This document shows positions 39,981-49,879 of a stretch of 64,000 nucleotides of DNA, piece by piece. The stretch comes from an uncultured Gammaproteobacteria bacterium (GTDB lineage: Bacteria; Pseudomonadota; Gammaproteobacteria; UBA6429; Thiohalophilaceae), in NCBI GenBank assembly GCA_942490945.1, contig CALNYZ010000044.1:2172-66171 (forward strand), read 5' to 3'. The notes beneath the pieces were generated by a model that searched no databases, was not told where the DNA came from, and saw nothing but the letters and a program-made list of their open reading frames with translations. Made by a program: the position numbers and the translations under genes. Positions within the stretch are counted from its first letter, which is position 1, and the number at the start of each line of letters is the position of its first letter.

Positions 39981-41312
39981 CTACTCTAATAATAATTCCG
40001 GTTCATTGATCTGGCTGGCTCTGAATACCGACTCAAATCGACGAATGTCATTTTCGGAAAAACCAATGTCATTCTCGCGTGTATTTGCTTCCAGCCAGCT
40101 TTCTATATTACTCAATTTTATCACCGGACATTGCAAAAGTTGTTGTCCAGCAGCTTTCGTCAAGGTCACATCTTTGGATGAATATACCACCAGATTGTAA
40201 ATTGGCCAATGTTTCAGATTGGCATGGTATAAAATATTGCTGAGTGTATGTTTGGCTCGGGTCGCATTTATGCAGGCATTGTCAATCTCCTTGCTATAGC
40301 CACTGCATGTTTGCTGCCAGACTGGTCCTGCACTGTAAATAATATCGCCATCTTCCGGTCTTTCTGTTATCGCTATAATCCCGATATGGCGACATAGAAC
40401 GATGACATCAATCGGCGTACTGTCATTAAACGCAGGTGAATTATTAATATCCAGGAATGCCTGGATTCGATTCCCTTTCAGTCGTTCCAGCTTTCTTGTT
40501 AAGGGAGTATGCATGTTTTGAACAGGCTCGTCGCTGGAATGGTCAACGACGACGATTCCCTGATCGGGCAGCTCGATTTCAGTTTTTGCTGATTGCTGCA
40601 GCCATGATTTCAGTTCATTCAAACGATCGATAGCTACGAAATCATCCCATTTACAACTTGCTGAACTATGGTACATAAATTTAATTTCAACCTGGTAGCG
40701 GTTTCGACCTGATATATCAATGCCTGTAATGGAAACCGCGATAAAATCAGCATCGCGTCGGGTAGCCAATACTTTCGCCGAGCCCATTAACATGGCACAA
40801 ACCGGCTTTTCGGCCTTATGTGACCAGAATTCAAGTGTGTCATTGTGTCGATATAAAATAATCGGCTCGTCGGGACACAGACTGTTTTCAGGTAACCCTG
40901 ATATATACTCTGCATTCGTAAGCACCTTACCGATGTGCCCACGCGCAATGACTGACAACATAAACCCTTTTGCTACCGGGTATTGATTTGTTTCAGTACA
41001 TATTTCATCTATCCAGCGTAAAGCTGCATTATGAAATTCATAAAAAAACTTGAAGTGTTTGATTATATATTGAGTATATTTTTTTGACCCCTGCTGCGCG
41101 CGAAATCTTATGGCGATCGAATAAAAATTACGACAGTAAAGCGGGTCCGTGTCCAGCGCATTGGAATCAATATTTTTATATTTACGATAGAGCCTTTTTG
41201 GCCCTCTGGAAGCAACGTACCAGGCGACGAATAACAGTACTGCAATGCTGATAATCAACAACGCATAAATGATGATGGACGAGAATGCCATAATATTTGG
41301 CGTATTTTGCAT
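39981..41312 (-). CDS. Membrane-anchored protein with a C-terminal NERD-like (PD-(D/E)xK-related) domain
   Basis: N-terminal TM helix (FSSIIIYALLIISIAVLLFVAWYV). The C-terminal ~130 aa, PIDVIVLCRHIGIIAITERPEDGDIIYS...W...INATRAKHTLSNIL...IYNLVVYSS, follows the NERD layout D-hhhh...G-hhh-E-x-K, but with ER in place of E-x-K. Confidence 0.5.
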   Translation of the reverse strand: MQNTPNIMAFSSIIIYALLIISIAVLLFVAWYVASRGPKRLYRKYKNIDSNALDTDPLYCRNFYSIAIRFRAQQGSKKYTQYIIKHFKFFYEFHNAALRWIDEICTETNQYPVAKGFMLSVIARGHIGKVLTNAEYISGLPENSLCPDEPIILYRHNDTLEFWSHKAEKPVCAMLMGSAKVLATRRDADFIAVSITGIDISGRNRYQVEIKFMYHSSASCKWDDFVAIDRLNELKSWLQQSAKTEIELPDQGIVVVDHSSDEPVQNMHTPLTRKLERLKGNRIQAFLDINNSPAFNDSTPIDVIVLCRHIGIIAITERPEDGDIIYSAGPVWQQTCSGYSKEIDNACINATRAKHTLSNILYHANLKHWPIYNLVVYSSKDVTLTKAAGQQLLQCPVIKLSNIESWLEANTRENDIGFSENDIRRFESVFRASQINEPELLLE

Positions 41313-41698
41313 ACTCTATGTGCGGCTCAGATTTAGTAAAAGTGAAATACCGATCCGGGAGTCAGGCCATTCGCATTAACTACGGAACTGTATGCTGTTA
41401 TTCTATATACAATATCCTATCATATGGCAGAATTTTTGTACTATTCATTTGCTCTGCCAATCTGAAAAGCGGACTGTTTTCAACGAATCCCGGGGCATTA
41501 ATTATTGCCCTCTAATATAACAGATCAACATCGCTATTCCGTAAAAACAAACTGATTGGATTACTGGATTGAATAAAGTCTGGTCCAGATAACACAACGG
41601 TCACAAAACTCTGATTAATTCAGGCATATACTTTCATTGTGTTGGTACTCTTGCTATACATAGATGACCTACAACAAAATTATTCCCAGGGTCATATA

Positions 41699-42199
41699 AT
41701 GTATAGAATGCTTGGCTTTTTGATTATTTTTTCTTTATTACCCGTTACTACCAGTGCCAACAAAAAAACCACGGCGAGTATTATAGCCAGGGAGCCCGTA
41801 ACCATGATGGACCTGGGTATCCTGAAACTGAATTCTGTGCTGAGTAATGCGAATTATGCCGGGCTTGGCGGAGCAAAAATTGGTGCCAACTATAACGCCC
41901 GCAAGGGGAAAATTGAAATCAAGGTCAGCCACCCGGTAAAAAAAGCCAGTCGGCAATCTTGCGCCAAAACCATCAAGGACACCAAGAAAATCTTTCTTCA
42001 TTCACAGCCGGGAACAAAGAAAAAAGTCTCGAACATACATCACTACTTTCAACATGAAGGAACGGCCTTTCGACAACGGATTAACTGGAATGATCTGGCC
42101 AACCATGTGACCATTACAGGCATTGTCATTACAAAAAGCAACTATCAGGAAAGTATTTATTGTCAGAGCAATTTGATGGGAAATAAAATTACGTACTAG
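41699..42199 (+). CDS. Secreted hypothetical protein
   Basis: Start chosen at MYRMLGFLIIFSLLPVTTSA (signal peptide). Lys-rich, 166 aa. Confidence 0.5.
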   Translation: MYRMLGFLIIFSLLPVTTSANKKTTASIIAREPVTMMDLGILKLNSVLSNANYAGLGGAKIGANYNARKGKIEIKVSHPVKKASRQSCAKTIKDTKKIFLHSQPGTKKKVSNIHHYFQHEGTAFRQRINWNDLANHVTITGIVITKSNYQESIYCQSNLMGNKITY

Positions 42200-42353
42200 G
42201 TTACTTGATATTATTGAGAATAATAATTTATGATTTTTTTAGTATGGATTAATGCAGAATTTTACTATTGAGCCTGGAAAGTTCTAACGTATGTTGAAAA
42301 TATTTATATAAACCAACGATTACGAATTGTAACTGTTAATATTGAAAAAACAA

Positions 42354-43451
42354 TCAAACACCATAAATATCACCCGGCTCTGAAGAAATACTGCCACCGA
42401 TTCGAACTTTTAGTCTGAGGTGGTCAGGTTCATCGGCGTGTAACACCGCTTCTTCAAGGCTGACGCGATTCTGGCTATGCAACCGCAGGATATCATTATC
42501 AAACGAGTGGAGTTTACTTTCCGGGGGTGCATTCTCGAGTGCATCTTTCAGTTTGTCCGTCGCACCCTCCCGTATCATTGCCTTAATATATGGTTCATTC
42601 ACCAGTATTTCAGTAGCGGGAATTCGTTTTTTATTCACATCGATTAGCAAGCGCTGGGCGATGACGGCGCGTACATTTAATGACATATCCATTAACAATT
42701 GTTCCCGCGCATTCTCGGGAAACAGTCCTATTACACGCTCCATTGCCTGTGTGGCATTTGTTGCATGCAAGGTCGCAATGCACAAATGTCCGGTATCGGC
42801 ATAGGATAAGGCACGTCGCATTGTATCCGCATCACGTATCTCACCAATCATAATGACATCCGGTGCTTCGCGCATGGCGCGCCGCAGCGCCTCTTCATAC
42901 GATTTCGTGTCCAGCCCGACTTCACGCTGGCTTACAATTGACTTCTTATGTTGATGTAAAAATTCGATCGGGTCTTCTATCGTTAAAATGTGTCCGCTAC
43001 GATTCTGATTTCGGTAATCAAGCATGGAGGCAACTGTTGTGGATTTACCCATACCTGTTGCGCCAGCAATAATAATCAGCCCACGCGGTTCCATAATCAG
43101 TTCCTTGATTACTTCAGGCAAATTTAGTGTATCAAATGCAGGAATCTCTCCTTTAATCTGGCGAATAACAAACGCCGCATCACCACGCTGGCGAAAAACA
43201 TTTATTCGAAAACGACCGATATTGGCGACCGAAAAGGCTGCATCCAGTTCCAGTTCTTCCTCGAATTCGGCAAGTTGTTTATCAGATAGCACTTCGGACA
43301 GCATGTCCCTGATAGTTTCTGCAGTAATGACGTTTTTGCCTACAGGCGTCGATACACCTTCAATTTTGACATGCACCAATGCACCGGCAGTAGCGTACAG
43401 ATCCGATGCATTACGGTCGACCATTAGCTTGAGATAAGGATTAATAATCAA
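42354..43451 (-). CDS. PilT/PilU-family type IV pilus retraction-type ATPase (orphan)
   Basis: ASDLY...Walker A GATGMGKST, Asp box ILTIEDPIEF, Walker B DVIMIGEIRD, His box TGHLCIATLHA. 365 aa. No other pilus genes nearby. Confidence 0.85.
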   Translation of the reverse strand: MIINPYLKLMVDRNASDLYATAGALVHVKIEGVSTPVGKNVITAETIRDMLSEVLSDKQLAEFEEELELDAAFSVANIGRFRINVFRQRGDAAFVIRQIKGEIPAFDTLNLPEVIKELIMEPRGLIIIAGATGMGKSTTVASMLDYRNQNRSGHILTIEDPIEFLHQHKKSIVSQREVGLDTKSYEEALRRAMREAPDVIMIGEIRDADTMRRALSYADTGHLCIATLHATNATQAMERVIGLFPENAREQLLMDMSLNVRAVIAQRLLIDVNKKRIPATEILVNEPYIKAMIREGATDKLKDALENAPPESKLHSFDNDILRLHSQNRVSLEEAVLHADEPDHLRLKVRIGGSISSEPGDIYGV

Positions 43452-43564
43452 TTTAGATCCCGATTCAGATGTTCTCTGACATAAATACCAATCTTTCCAT
43501 TCGCAATTTCAATGCGGTATGAAAAAAACATTTAGTCTCATTAGTGACGTAGGTCACATTTGTT

Positions 43565-44266
43565 TCATTTATTCGTCTCTTCGAGTTTTTCAACAGTTTT
43601 AAGCCATGCTTTAAACTGTTGACGCTCTTCCTTATCGGCAATCAACCACCAAAACTTCAGTCGTTTCACAGCATTTTCGTTGGCAGCGGTTTTCGCATCA
43701 ACGGGATTGGGTGAAATTGCTCTTTCGGCATCACTTGCGGGTAATTTGCTGTTGTTTTTACCTGCCACACTGCTATTAGCCTGCGAATTCTTCATTCTGC
43801 TTGCATTCAACTCATCTTCAGTCGCAGAAACTATCTGGCGGCCTGTCTGGACTTCGACAAGCGTCGCCTGAAACTTTTTCGTATACTCGAATGCCTCGTC
43901 CTCGTTTTTAGGAACATCGTAAGTCAGGTTATATGTCATCCCGGCATTAAACTGCGCTTCCACTGCAACGCTATCTGATTTAATCATCAAGCCACTTGTG
44001 TTATCCCCCCAATATAACTCATATTTGAAGTCAATGCGGTGTTCGCCGGGCAGAACGTATATCTCATAGAATCCATCTGCTTCGGATGGAACATCGATTT
44101 CTTTCCAGTCGATTTTTTGTACGGTAATCGGGCCTGGAACACGAATACGTGCTGTTTCACTTGACGGCAAAGTCTGACCCGGATAGGCGTGCACGGGTCC
44201 GTTTACTGTACATGATTGTACCGACAATAAAGTGGTCAGAAGCAGAGCGATCTTGTAATAATTCAA
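43565..44266 (-). CDS. YccT/DUF2057-like lipoprotein
   Basis: Lipobox LSVQSC. The C-terminal motif KRLKFWWLIADKEERQQFKAWL resembles E. coli YccT [22 protein letters not shown]. Confidence 0.55.
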   Translation of the reverse strand: MNYYKIALLLTTLLSVQSCTVNGPVHAYPGQTLPSSETARIRVPGPITVQKIDWKEIDVPSEADGFYEIYVLPGEHRIDFKYELYWGDNTSGLMIKSDSVAVEAQFNAGMTYNLTYDVPKNEDEAFEYTKKFQATLVEVQTGRQIVSATEDELNASRMKNSQANSSVAGKNNSKLPASDAERAISPNPVDAKTAANENAVKRLKFWWLIADKEERQQFKAWLKTVEKLEETNK

Positions 44267-44642
44267 TTTGAGATTCCCTTTTAAATTAAAATGAAAAGCT
44301 ATCCGGAAACTGTGGCTATCCGATTATAACAAATAATATAGTTTATTACCCGCCAGTCTGATTTATCAAGCTGATGACAGAAATAGTTTTTGGGAATCCG
44401 TCTATTTTCCTGACTAAAAAATGGATTGATATCTAAATTCGCTTGCAAGTCTGCTGGCTGCAATCGTATTGTTTTTCCGGATTAATACTGCCTTCGGAAA
44501 CTACAATTGGTCAACACTGTTTTTTTTTACATTTATAGGTCGTGTCCCGAATCCTGCCGACATACATCCTGTTATTACACTGTCAATTTATATAAATGTT
44601 CTACTGTCAGAGTTAAAAACACAATTGACCGGCGTAAGATTA

Positions 44643-44903
44643 ATGGTATTTTCCATAATGATACTCATGATCTGGATTACCAGCGCACCGGGAAGGCTGA
44701 AAGATTATTTGTTAAATACACCTCGTAATCGATTGTTCAACCTGAGTATATTATGTGTCCTCTATGTTGCTGCTCATTTTCTGTTATTCCCGGCAACCTG
44801 GTACTGGTTCTTCCTTGGTCAATACACCCTGGTATTTTTCATATTGCTGATGCTGTTAACACAGTCCTTACCGACGCTCAAACCAAAAGAGAACTGGCAA
44901 TAA
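44643..44903 (+). CDS. Possible small membrane protein (3 TM)
   Basis: ATG-initiated part of the 44469..44903 ORF. It is hydrophobic, and a strong hairpin follows 20 nt downstream. Confidence 0.3.
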   Translation: MVFSIMILMIWITSAPGRLKDYLLNTPRNRLFNLSILCVLYVAAHFLLFPATWYWFFLGQYTLVFFILLMLLTQSLPTLKPKENWQ

Positions 44904-44923
44904 AGAATATTAAACGCTGATGG

Positions 44924-44947
44924 CAAGGATTGCCTGCGCAATCCTTG
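44924..44947. terminator. Bidirectional stem-loop between convergent genes
   Basis: CAAGGATTGC-ctgc-GCAATCCTTG, a perfect 10-bp stem with a 4-nt loop. No clean U-tract on either side. Confidence 0.45.
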
Positions 44948-44971
44948 TATCAGTATCTGTACGTAACCAGA

Positions 44972-47191
44972 TTATTGTGGCTTAAGCGCATTGTTATAGG
45001 CATTTGTCATGACTTGCCGTGCACCCAGTCCGTTACTCGTCCCGCCAGAAATATCAGAATTAATAAAGAGGATGCCTATTATGTTGGGCCCGGTTACCGG
45101 ACCAAAGATGGAGGCACTGGTAGTAATACTGCCACAATTGGCACCATTACTGTCACAACCCTGGCTCCAACCACCATTTTTTTCCATTTGTGTTGCCGAA
45201 TTAATATCAAGTCCGAAGTTACGCGTCCGCATGGCATTAAATTGTGAATTCCCACTCGTCTCGGTAAATATCTTTCCATCTCTGGCATTAATACTCAATA
45301 GAACCTTGGCAAGATCCTCAACAGACAGATACCAGCCCGCCGCACCACAGGACAAATCAACATTGCCCCAACTATATCCTGCCTTGTCACCCGGAAAATT
45401 GTATGCATAGGCGTGGTTATTTGATGATGGTGGTGCACAACGCACCGAATTTTGACCAACAAGATCAAAAACATTTTGTTGTACGAGTTGTTCGTATTGG
45501 TCTGCAAGTGTTTGCGGTCGTGTGGCAAGATTATTATCCACTGTCATGTTCGCGACTCGCGGTAACAATATTCGCATGATCCCGGTATTATAATTGCTAT
45601 AACAAAAATTCGGATTATTCATATTTACCGGGTTTGGCGGATTGACCACACTGGATGGCTGACACGTTGTTGTCACATTATTCGGTACAGTCTGTTCGAA
45701 GAATGTTTTTAACTGTGCATATGTCATTGCGACATTTCCGTAGTCCTTGATACCGCTGGTTTGACTGAGGAACTGTGAAAATGTCACGCTCTGGAAAAAA
45801 TTTCCAACATTCCAGTCAGCCGGAAAGTATGGACCCACGGGGGCATCCAGACTCACATTGTTTTGCGCCAGAATGCGTATCGCTGCAATTGCCGTCACCA
45901 TTTTGGCAACACTGGCAACCGTAATTTTGGTTTTTGAAGTAAATGGTATTTCCGTACCATTTGCCTTGGTTCGCGCCAGCCCCCCCGCGCCAAATTTTGG
46001 ATACCGTCCGGCAAAAAAAGCATAGCCCACTGCATGGCCATCCAGTTGCTTGCGGATGTCTTTCTCGATGTCACACATTTTTACGCACTGGCCATTGGCA
46101 CATATACGCTGACTGGGTGAGCTGGTTGCATAATCTCCCCAGCCTTCAAATGCCAACAGGATTTCCTTGTGCGCATTGAAAGGCATTTTATTCTGGCTCC
46201 CATGCCAGTCCATTAATGCGCGCAAATCCGCCCCACATTTAGCTTTATACCAGCGTCGCCATTGCCGGTGCTGGGCAGCTTGAGGCGTCTGGGATTTTGG
46301 CGCGGGTAGCACCGCATCGAGATGTATATTGATGACTTTTGACTTGCCCGGATTTAACCTGGAAACAACCACGCCGGGTGAATTGTGGCGTAACAATACA
46401 TTAAAATCTTTTATTTTTACTCGTACTGAATCGGTTTTCTTCTTGCCCTTGTTACTGATGCGCAATTTTACATCTGCTCCGGCATAATAGATTTGTGTAT
46501 TTTTCACCATGCCAATTTTTTCTTTAAAGGAAATTATTTCAACTGATGGGAACACCGCCCCATCATTAAACTTTGTCATGGCAGGAATGTTGCCGGAACT
46601 AAGCTGGGTTACCTGCACTGCGGTTGATCCGTTTCCAACCGGCTGATTGGAGGCATCCACAGGTCGCACTGTTATGGTAAAAATGACATTTTGTGATGGC
46701 GGATTGGCCTGCAGAAATGTCGCTTCAGGCAGGCTGAATTGTGCAAACTTGCCCGGCGCAGGCGCAGAACTGGTATACCCGCTCGCTACGACCTGATTAT
46801 TATTACTTTTACTTTTAACTTCCCATCGACCTTTTACCGCATTGGCCTGATTGGTTTCCCAGCGTAGGTTAAGGTATTGCTGTCCGGTAACATTTATGGC
46901 CGTGGACAATTTCTCAAACTCCTTGCTGAATTCCAGTATCTTGAGTCTGGTGCTAGTCAGCCCACCCTTTGGTGCTTGTTGCGGCGTAGTTGTATTTTTG
47001 TTCTTGATGATTACTTTTTTGTCGGTCGATATTGCCGAGGTGTTATCTCGCGGTTTTATAATGCGTTTATCTGTAGATGAGTCAACTGTCACACCGGCAG
47101 CAATGGCGCTTGATGTAGAGCTGACATATAAAGTCAAAGCAAGGAAAAAAATGATTATGATATGGATATAACGAACTGAATTGATGTGCAT
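44972..47191 (-). CDS. Secreted multidomain serine hydrolase: N-terminal beta-sandwich-like region plus a C-terminal beta-lactamase/DD-peptidase-fold domain
   Basis: Start moved to MHINSVRYIH..., preceded by GGGAGG. Signal peptide present. SxxK in VASVAKMVTA and YxN in CYSNYNTG. The upstream ~330 aa are rich in beta-strand-like CARDB-type sequence. Confidence 0.8.
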   Translation of the reverse strand: MHINSVRYIHIIIIFFLALTLYVSSTSSAIAAGVTVDSSTDKRIIKPRDNTSAISTDKKVIIKNKNTTTPQQAPKGGLTSTRLKILEFSKEFEKLSTAINVTGQQYLNLRWETNQANAVKGRWEVKSKSNNNQVVASGYTSSAPAPGKFAQFSLPEATFLQANPPSQNVIFTITVRPVDASNQPVGNGSTAVQVTQLSSGNIPAMTKFNDGAVFPSVEIISFKEKIGMVKNTQIYYAGADVKLRISNKGKKKTDSVRVKIKDFNVLLRHNSPGVVVSRLNPGKSKVINIHLDAVLPAPKSQTPQAAQHRQWRRWYKAKCGADLRALMDWHGSQNKMPFNAHKEILLAFEGWGDYATSSPSQRICANGQCVKMCDIEKDIRKQLDGHAVGYAFFAGRYPKFGAGGLARTKANGTEIPFTSKTKITVASVAKMVTAIAAIRILAQNNVSLDAPVGPYFPADWNVGNFFQSVTFSQFLSQTSGIKDYGNVAMTYAQLKTFFEQTVPNNVTTTCQPSSVVNPPNPVNMNNPNFCYSNYNTGIMRILLPRVANMTVDNNLATRPQTLADQYEQLVQQNVFDLVGQNSVRCAPPSSNNHAYAYNFPGDKAGYSWGNVDLSCGAAGWYLSVEDLAKVLLSINARDGKIFTETSGNSQFNAMRTRNFGLDINSATQMEKNGGWSQGCDSNGANCGSITTSASIFGPVTGPNIIGILFINSDISGGTSNGLGARQVMTNAYNNALKPQ

Positions 47192-47560
47192 GGTATTGCC
47201 TCCCTGATAATTATTAAAATGATCCATCAACGTACTTCCAGCAAGATGCATTTTCCTTCGAAGTTCCTGCTCTACATCAAACACAACGATAAAATTTCAT
47301 TTAAATAATGAATCCCTGTCGGGACGGTGACTGCTTTGCGTAACTATTTTATATTTTTAATTAAAGTGATGGTGCAGTGCCTTCAGGTACTTATTGTGTA
47401 CTACTTCGATACCAGATAGAGAGGAGATTTGCTTCTGCTTGATTTTCCCTGTTTCTGACACAGGTCCTGAACGGCCGCTTATTAATCGTAGCTTAGCAAA
47501 ATATAACGTCAAAAAATATATTTTCTATTCACTCAAATATTGGAAAATGAAAATATTAAT

Positions 47561-48688
47561 CTATTTTGTATTTCTTATTTGTAACGGCATTTTGATTTGC
47601 GCATTAATATATTCCAGCACCGATTCTGTGGTTCCCTGATAGACGACACGCTCACGCTTGTTGCCGAGTTGATAGTCATACATGGGATCGTAGTATTCTG
47701 ATAGTAATGTTTTTATCCAGATTTTGTGCTGTGATATATCACCATTTATGCGCTGTTGTTGAATCGCATCCTGCATGATTAAACTCAAACTGTTATAACG
47801 CATGCCTCCGAGACGTTTATGAATTCTGGCCAAAGACTTTTGCAGGTTTTCTGCCCAGATATCAAAACCCTGAGCTTCACCCAATAAAGACTGGTACTCG
47901 TGCAGATCGTTGCAAATGTACTCGTTGAATACAACCTCGACGCGTTCTTCAAGACTACTTTCAAGCATGACCAGCGGCGACTGTCTGATTGATTCCATGA
48001 TGCCATCCGGCACGCGTCGTGAACCAATATTCATTGCTTCATCTTCTACTACCAGTATATCGCGATGATAATGACGATGTTTCAGCAGTTCGATTGCCAG
48101 TTTGTTTTCCACATCAATTTGACAAGGCTGTGGTTCTGCACGATTACCAAAGGCGGAACCCCGATGTTTGAAAATACCCTCGAGATCAATCTTGTCATTA
48201 ATCCGGTTTAACAATAAAGTTTTACCTACCCCGGTACGACCGCATAACACAATAAATCGCATGTTTTTGCCGGCATCTTCCAGCTCGGTGAGTAAAAACC
48301 GTCTTAGCGCCTTGTAGCCGCCTTTGACCCGGGGATAAACCACACCTGTTTTCTCATATAGCCATTGCTGACTAATCTTTGATCGCATGCCACCACGAAA
48401 ACAATACAAGGCACCATCCGGATTTTCTGCGGTAAAAGCCTGCCAGTCAGATATACGACGGGATTTTATGTCGCCACTCACCAGTTCGTGTCCAAGCGCA
48501 ATGGCTTGTTCCTGACCTTGTTCCTTGTAGCGAAGTCCGATTAGATGCCGTTCATCATCGTTCATGAGTGGCAAATTTCTGGTGTGCGGAAAGGCACCCT
48601 GCAAGTACTCGACAGGCGCACGTACATCAAGCAACGGCTTGTCGTGTACAAACAATTCCTGGTAATTATCTATCTGGGGTAATTCCAT
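47561..48688 (-). CDS. selU: tRNA 2-selenouridine synthase
   Basis: Rhodanese-like N-terminus (LLDVRAPVEYLQGAFP...CFRGGMRS) and P-loop CGRTGVGKT. Start chosen at MELPQ with AAGGA upstream. The track ORF begins at a TTG at 48721. Confidence 0.9.
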   Translation of the reverse strand: MELPQIDNYQELFVHDKPLLDVRAPVEYLQGAFPHTRNLPLMNDDERHLIGLRYKEQGQEQAIALGHELVSGDIKSRRISDWQAFTAENPDGALYCFRGGMRSKISQQWLYEKTGVVYPRVKGGYKALRRFLLTELEDAGKNMRFIVLCGRTGVGKTLLLNRINDKIDLEGIFKHRGSAFGNRAEPQPCQIDVENKLAIELLKHRHYHRDILVVEDEAMNIGSRRVPDGIMESIRQSPLVMLESSLEERVEVVFNEYICNDLHEYQSLLGEAQGFDIWAENLQKSLARIHKRLGGMRYNSLSLIMQDAIQQQRINGDISQHKIWIKTLLSEYYDPMYDYQLGNKRERVVYQGTTESVLEYINAQIKMPLQIRNTK

Positions 48689-48713
48689 TGAATCCTTGTT
48701 TGGTAATTGATTT

Positions 48714-49823
48714 TTATACAATTTGAATTATTGGCTGATCAACATTTTCACGATGACCATCATGTAAATGCCCAATCACATCCAGTTGCAACCCACAATC
48801 TTTGGCGACTTGCAAAAACGTATCTTGGCCTTCTGCTGTAACAGCGACGAGTAGTCCACCGGAAGTTTGCGGGTCACATAAAATTTGTTGTTGCACGTCT
48901 GTCATCGGTCCCAGCTTGTGACCATAGCTTGCAAAATTTCGCTGCGCGCCACCGGGTGAACACCCCAGTGATAAATAACTTTCCACTTCCGGCAGTTTCG
49001 GCACGGCATTATATTCAATAACAGCTTGTAGCCCGCTACCTTCGCACATTTCGGTGAGATGCCCCATCAAGCCAAATCCGGTTACATCAGTCATGGCTTT
49101 TACTTGTGCCAATTTTGCAAACTCTGATCCGGCAGTATTGAGCTGACACATTGTCTGCGGTGCCAGTCGCGCATGTTCGGGTTTCAACAGCTTCTTCTTT
49201 TCTGCTGTAGTTAATATGCCTATTCCTAACGGTTTGGTGAGATACAATTTGCAGCCTGCTTCGGCAGTACTGTTACATTTCAGGTTTTGATTTTCAACCA
49301 GACCAGTCACCGCCAGTCCAAACATGGGTTCGGGTGCATCAATAGAATGGCCACCCGCAAGAGGAATTCCGGCAAGTTGGCAGGCATGGCGTCCACCATC
49401 AATCACCATACTGGCTACTTCCGGACCCAGTTTATCGATCGGCCAGCCAAAAATAGCGATGGCCATGAGTGGTGTACCGCCCATTGCATAAATATCACTG
49501 ATGGCATTGGTTGCCGCGATTTGACCAAATTCGAACGGGTCATCCACAATCGGCATAAAAAAATCGGTGGTACTGACGACTGAAGTGTCATTGCCCAGAT
49601 CAAAAACGGCGGCGTCATCCCTGGTGTCATTACCCACCAACAATTGCGGGTAGCTGGTAACCGGTGTTGCCGATGATAATTGCGAATGTAAAATCTCTTC
49701 GAGCAGTTTGGGAGAAATCTTGCATCCACAACCTGAGCCATGACTGTATTCGGTGAGTTTAACCTTGGCAGGTGTCGCCTGGTTGCGTTTTTCTGAAGCT
49801 GCTGATGTTTTTTCACTATTCAT
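48714..49823 (-). CDS. selD: Selenide, water dikinase (Cys-type)
   Basis: [54 protein letters not shown]. Collinear with E. coli SelD. Confidence 0.95.
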   Translation of the reverse strand: MNSEKTSAASEKRNQATPAKVKLTEYSHGSGCGCKISPKLLEEILHSQLSSATPVTSYPQLLVGNDTRDDAAVFDLGNDTSVVSTTDFFMPIVDDPFEFGQIAATNAISDIYAMGGTPLMAIAIFGWPIDKLGPEVASMVIDGGRHACQLAGIPLAGGHSIDAPEPMFGLAVTGLVENQNLKCNSTAEAGCKLYLTKPLGIGILTTAEKKKLLKPEHARLAPQTMCQLNTAGSEFAKLAQVKAMTDVTGFGLMGHLTEMCEGSGLQAVIEYNAVPKLPEVESYLSLGCSPGGAQRNFASYGHKLGPMTDVQQQILCDPQTSGGLLVAVTAEGQDTFLQVAKDCGLQLDVIGHLHDGHRENVDQPIIQIV

Positions 49824-49879
49824 GATTATATTGTCAGTTTTCCGGGTTAGATTTTAAGAAGTTATGCTCAATATATTAT

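Noticed and set aside
44469-44642. TTG-initiated N-terminal 58 codons of the 144-aa ORF
   Set aside because: This part contains a 9-T homopolymer and has an odd composition. Only the ATG-initiated hydrophobic C-terminal part is retained, and at low confidence.
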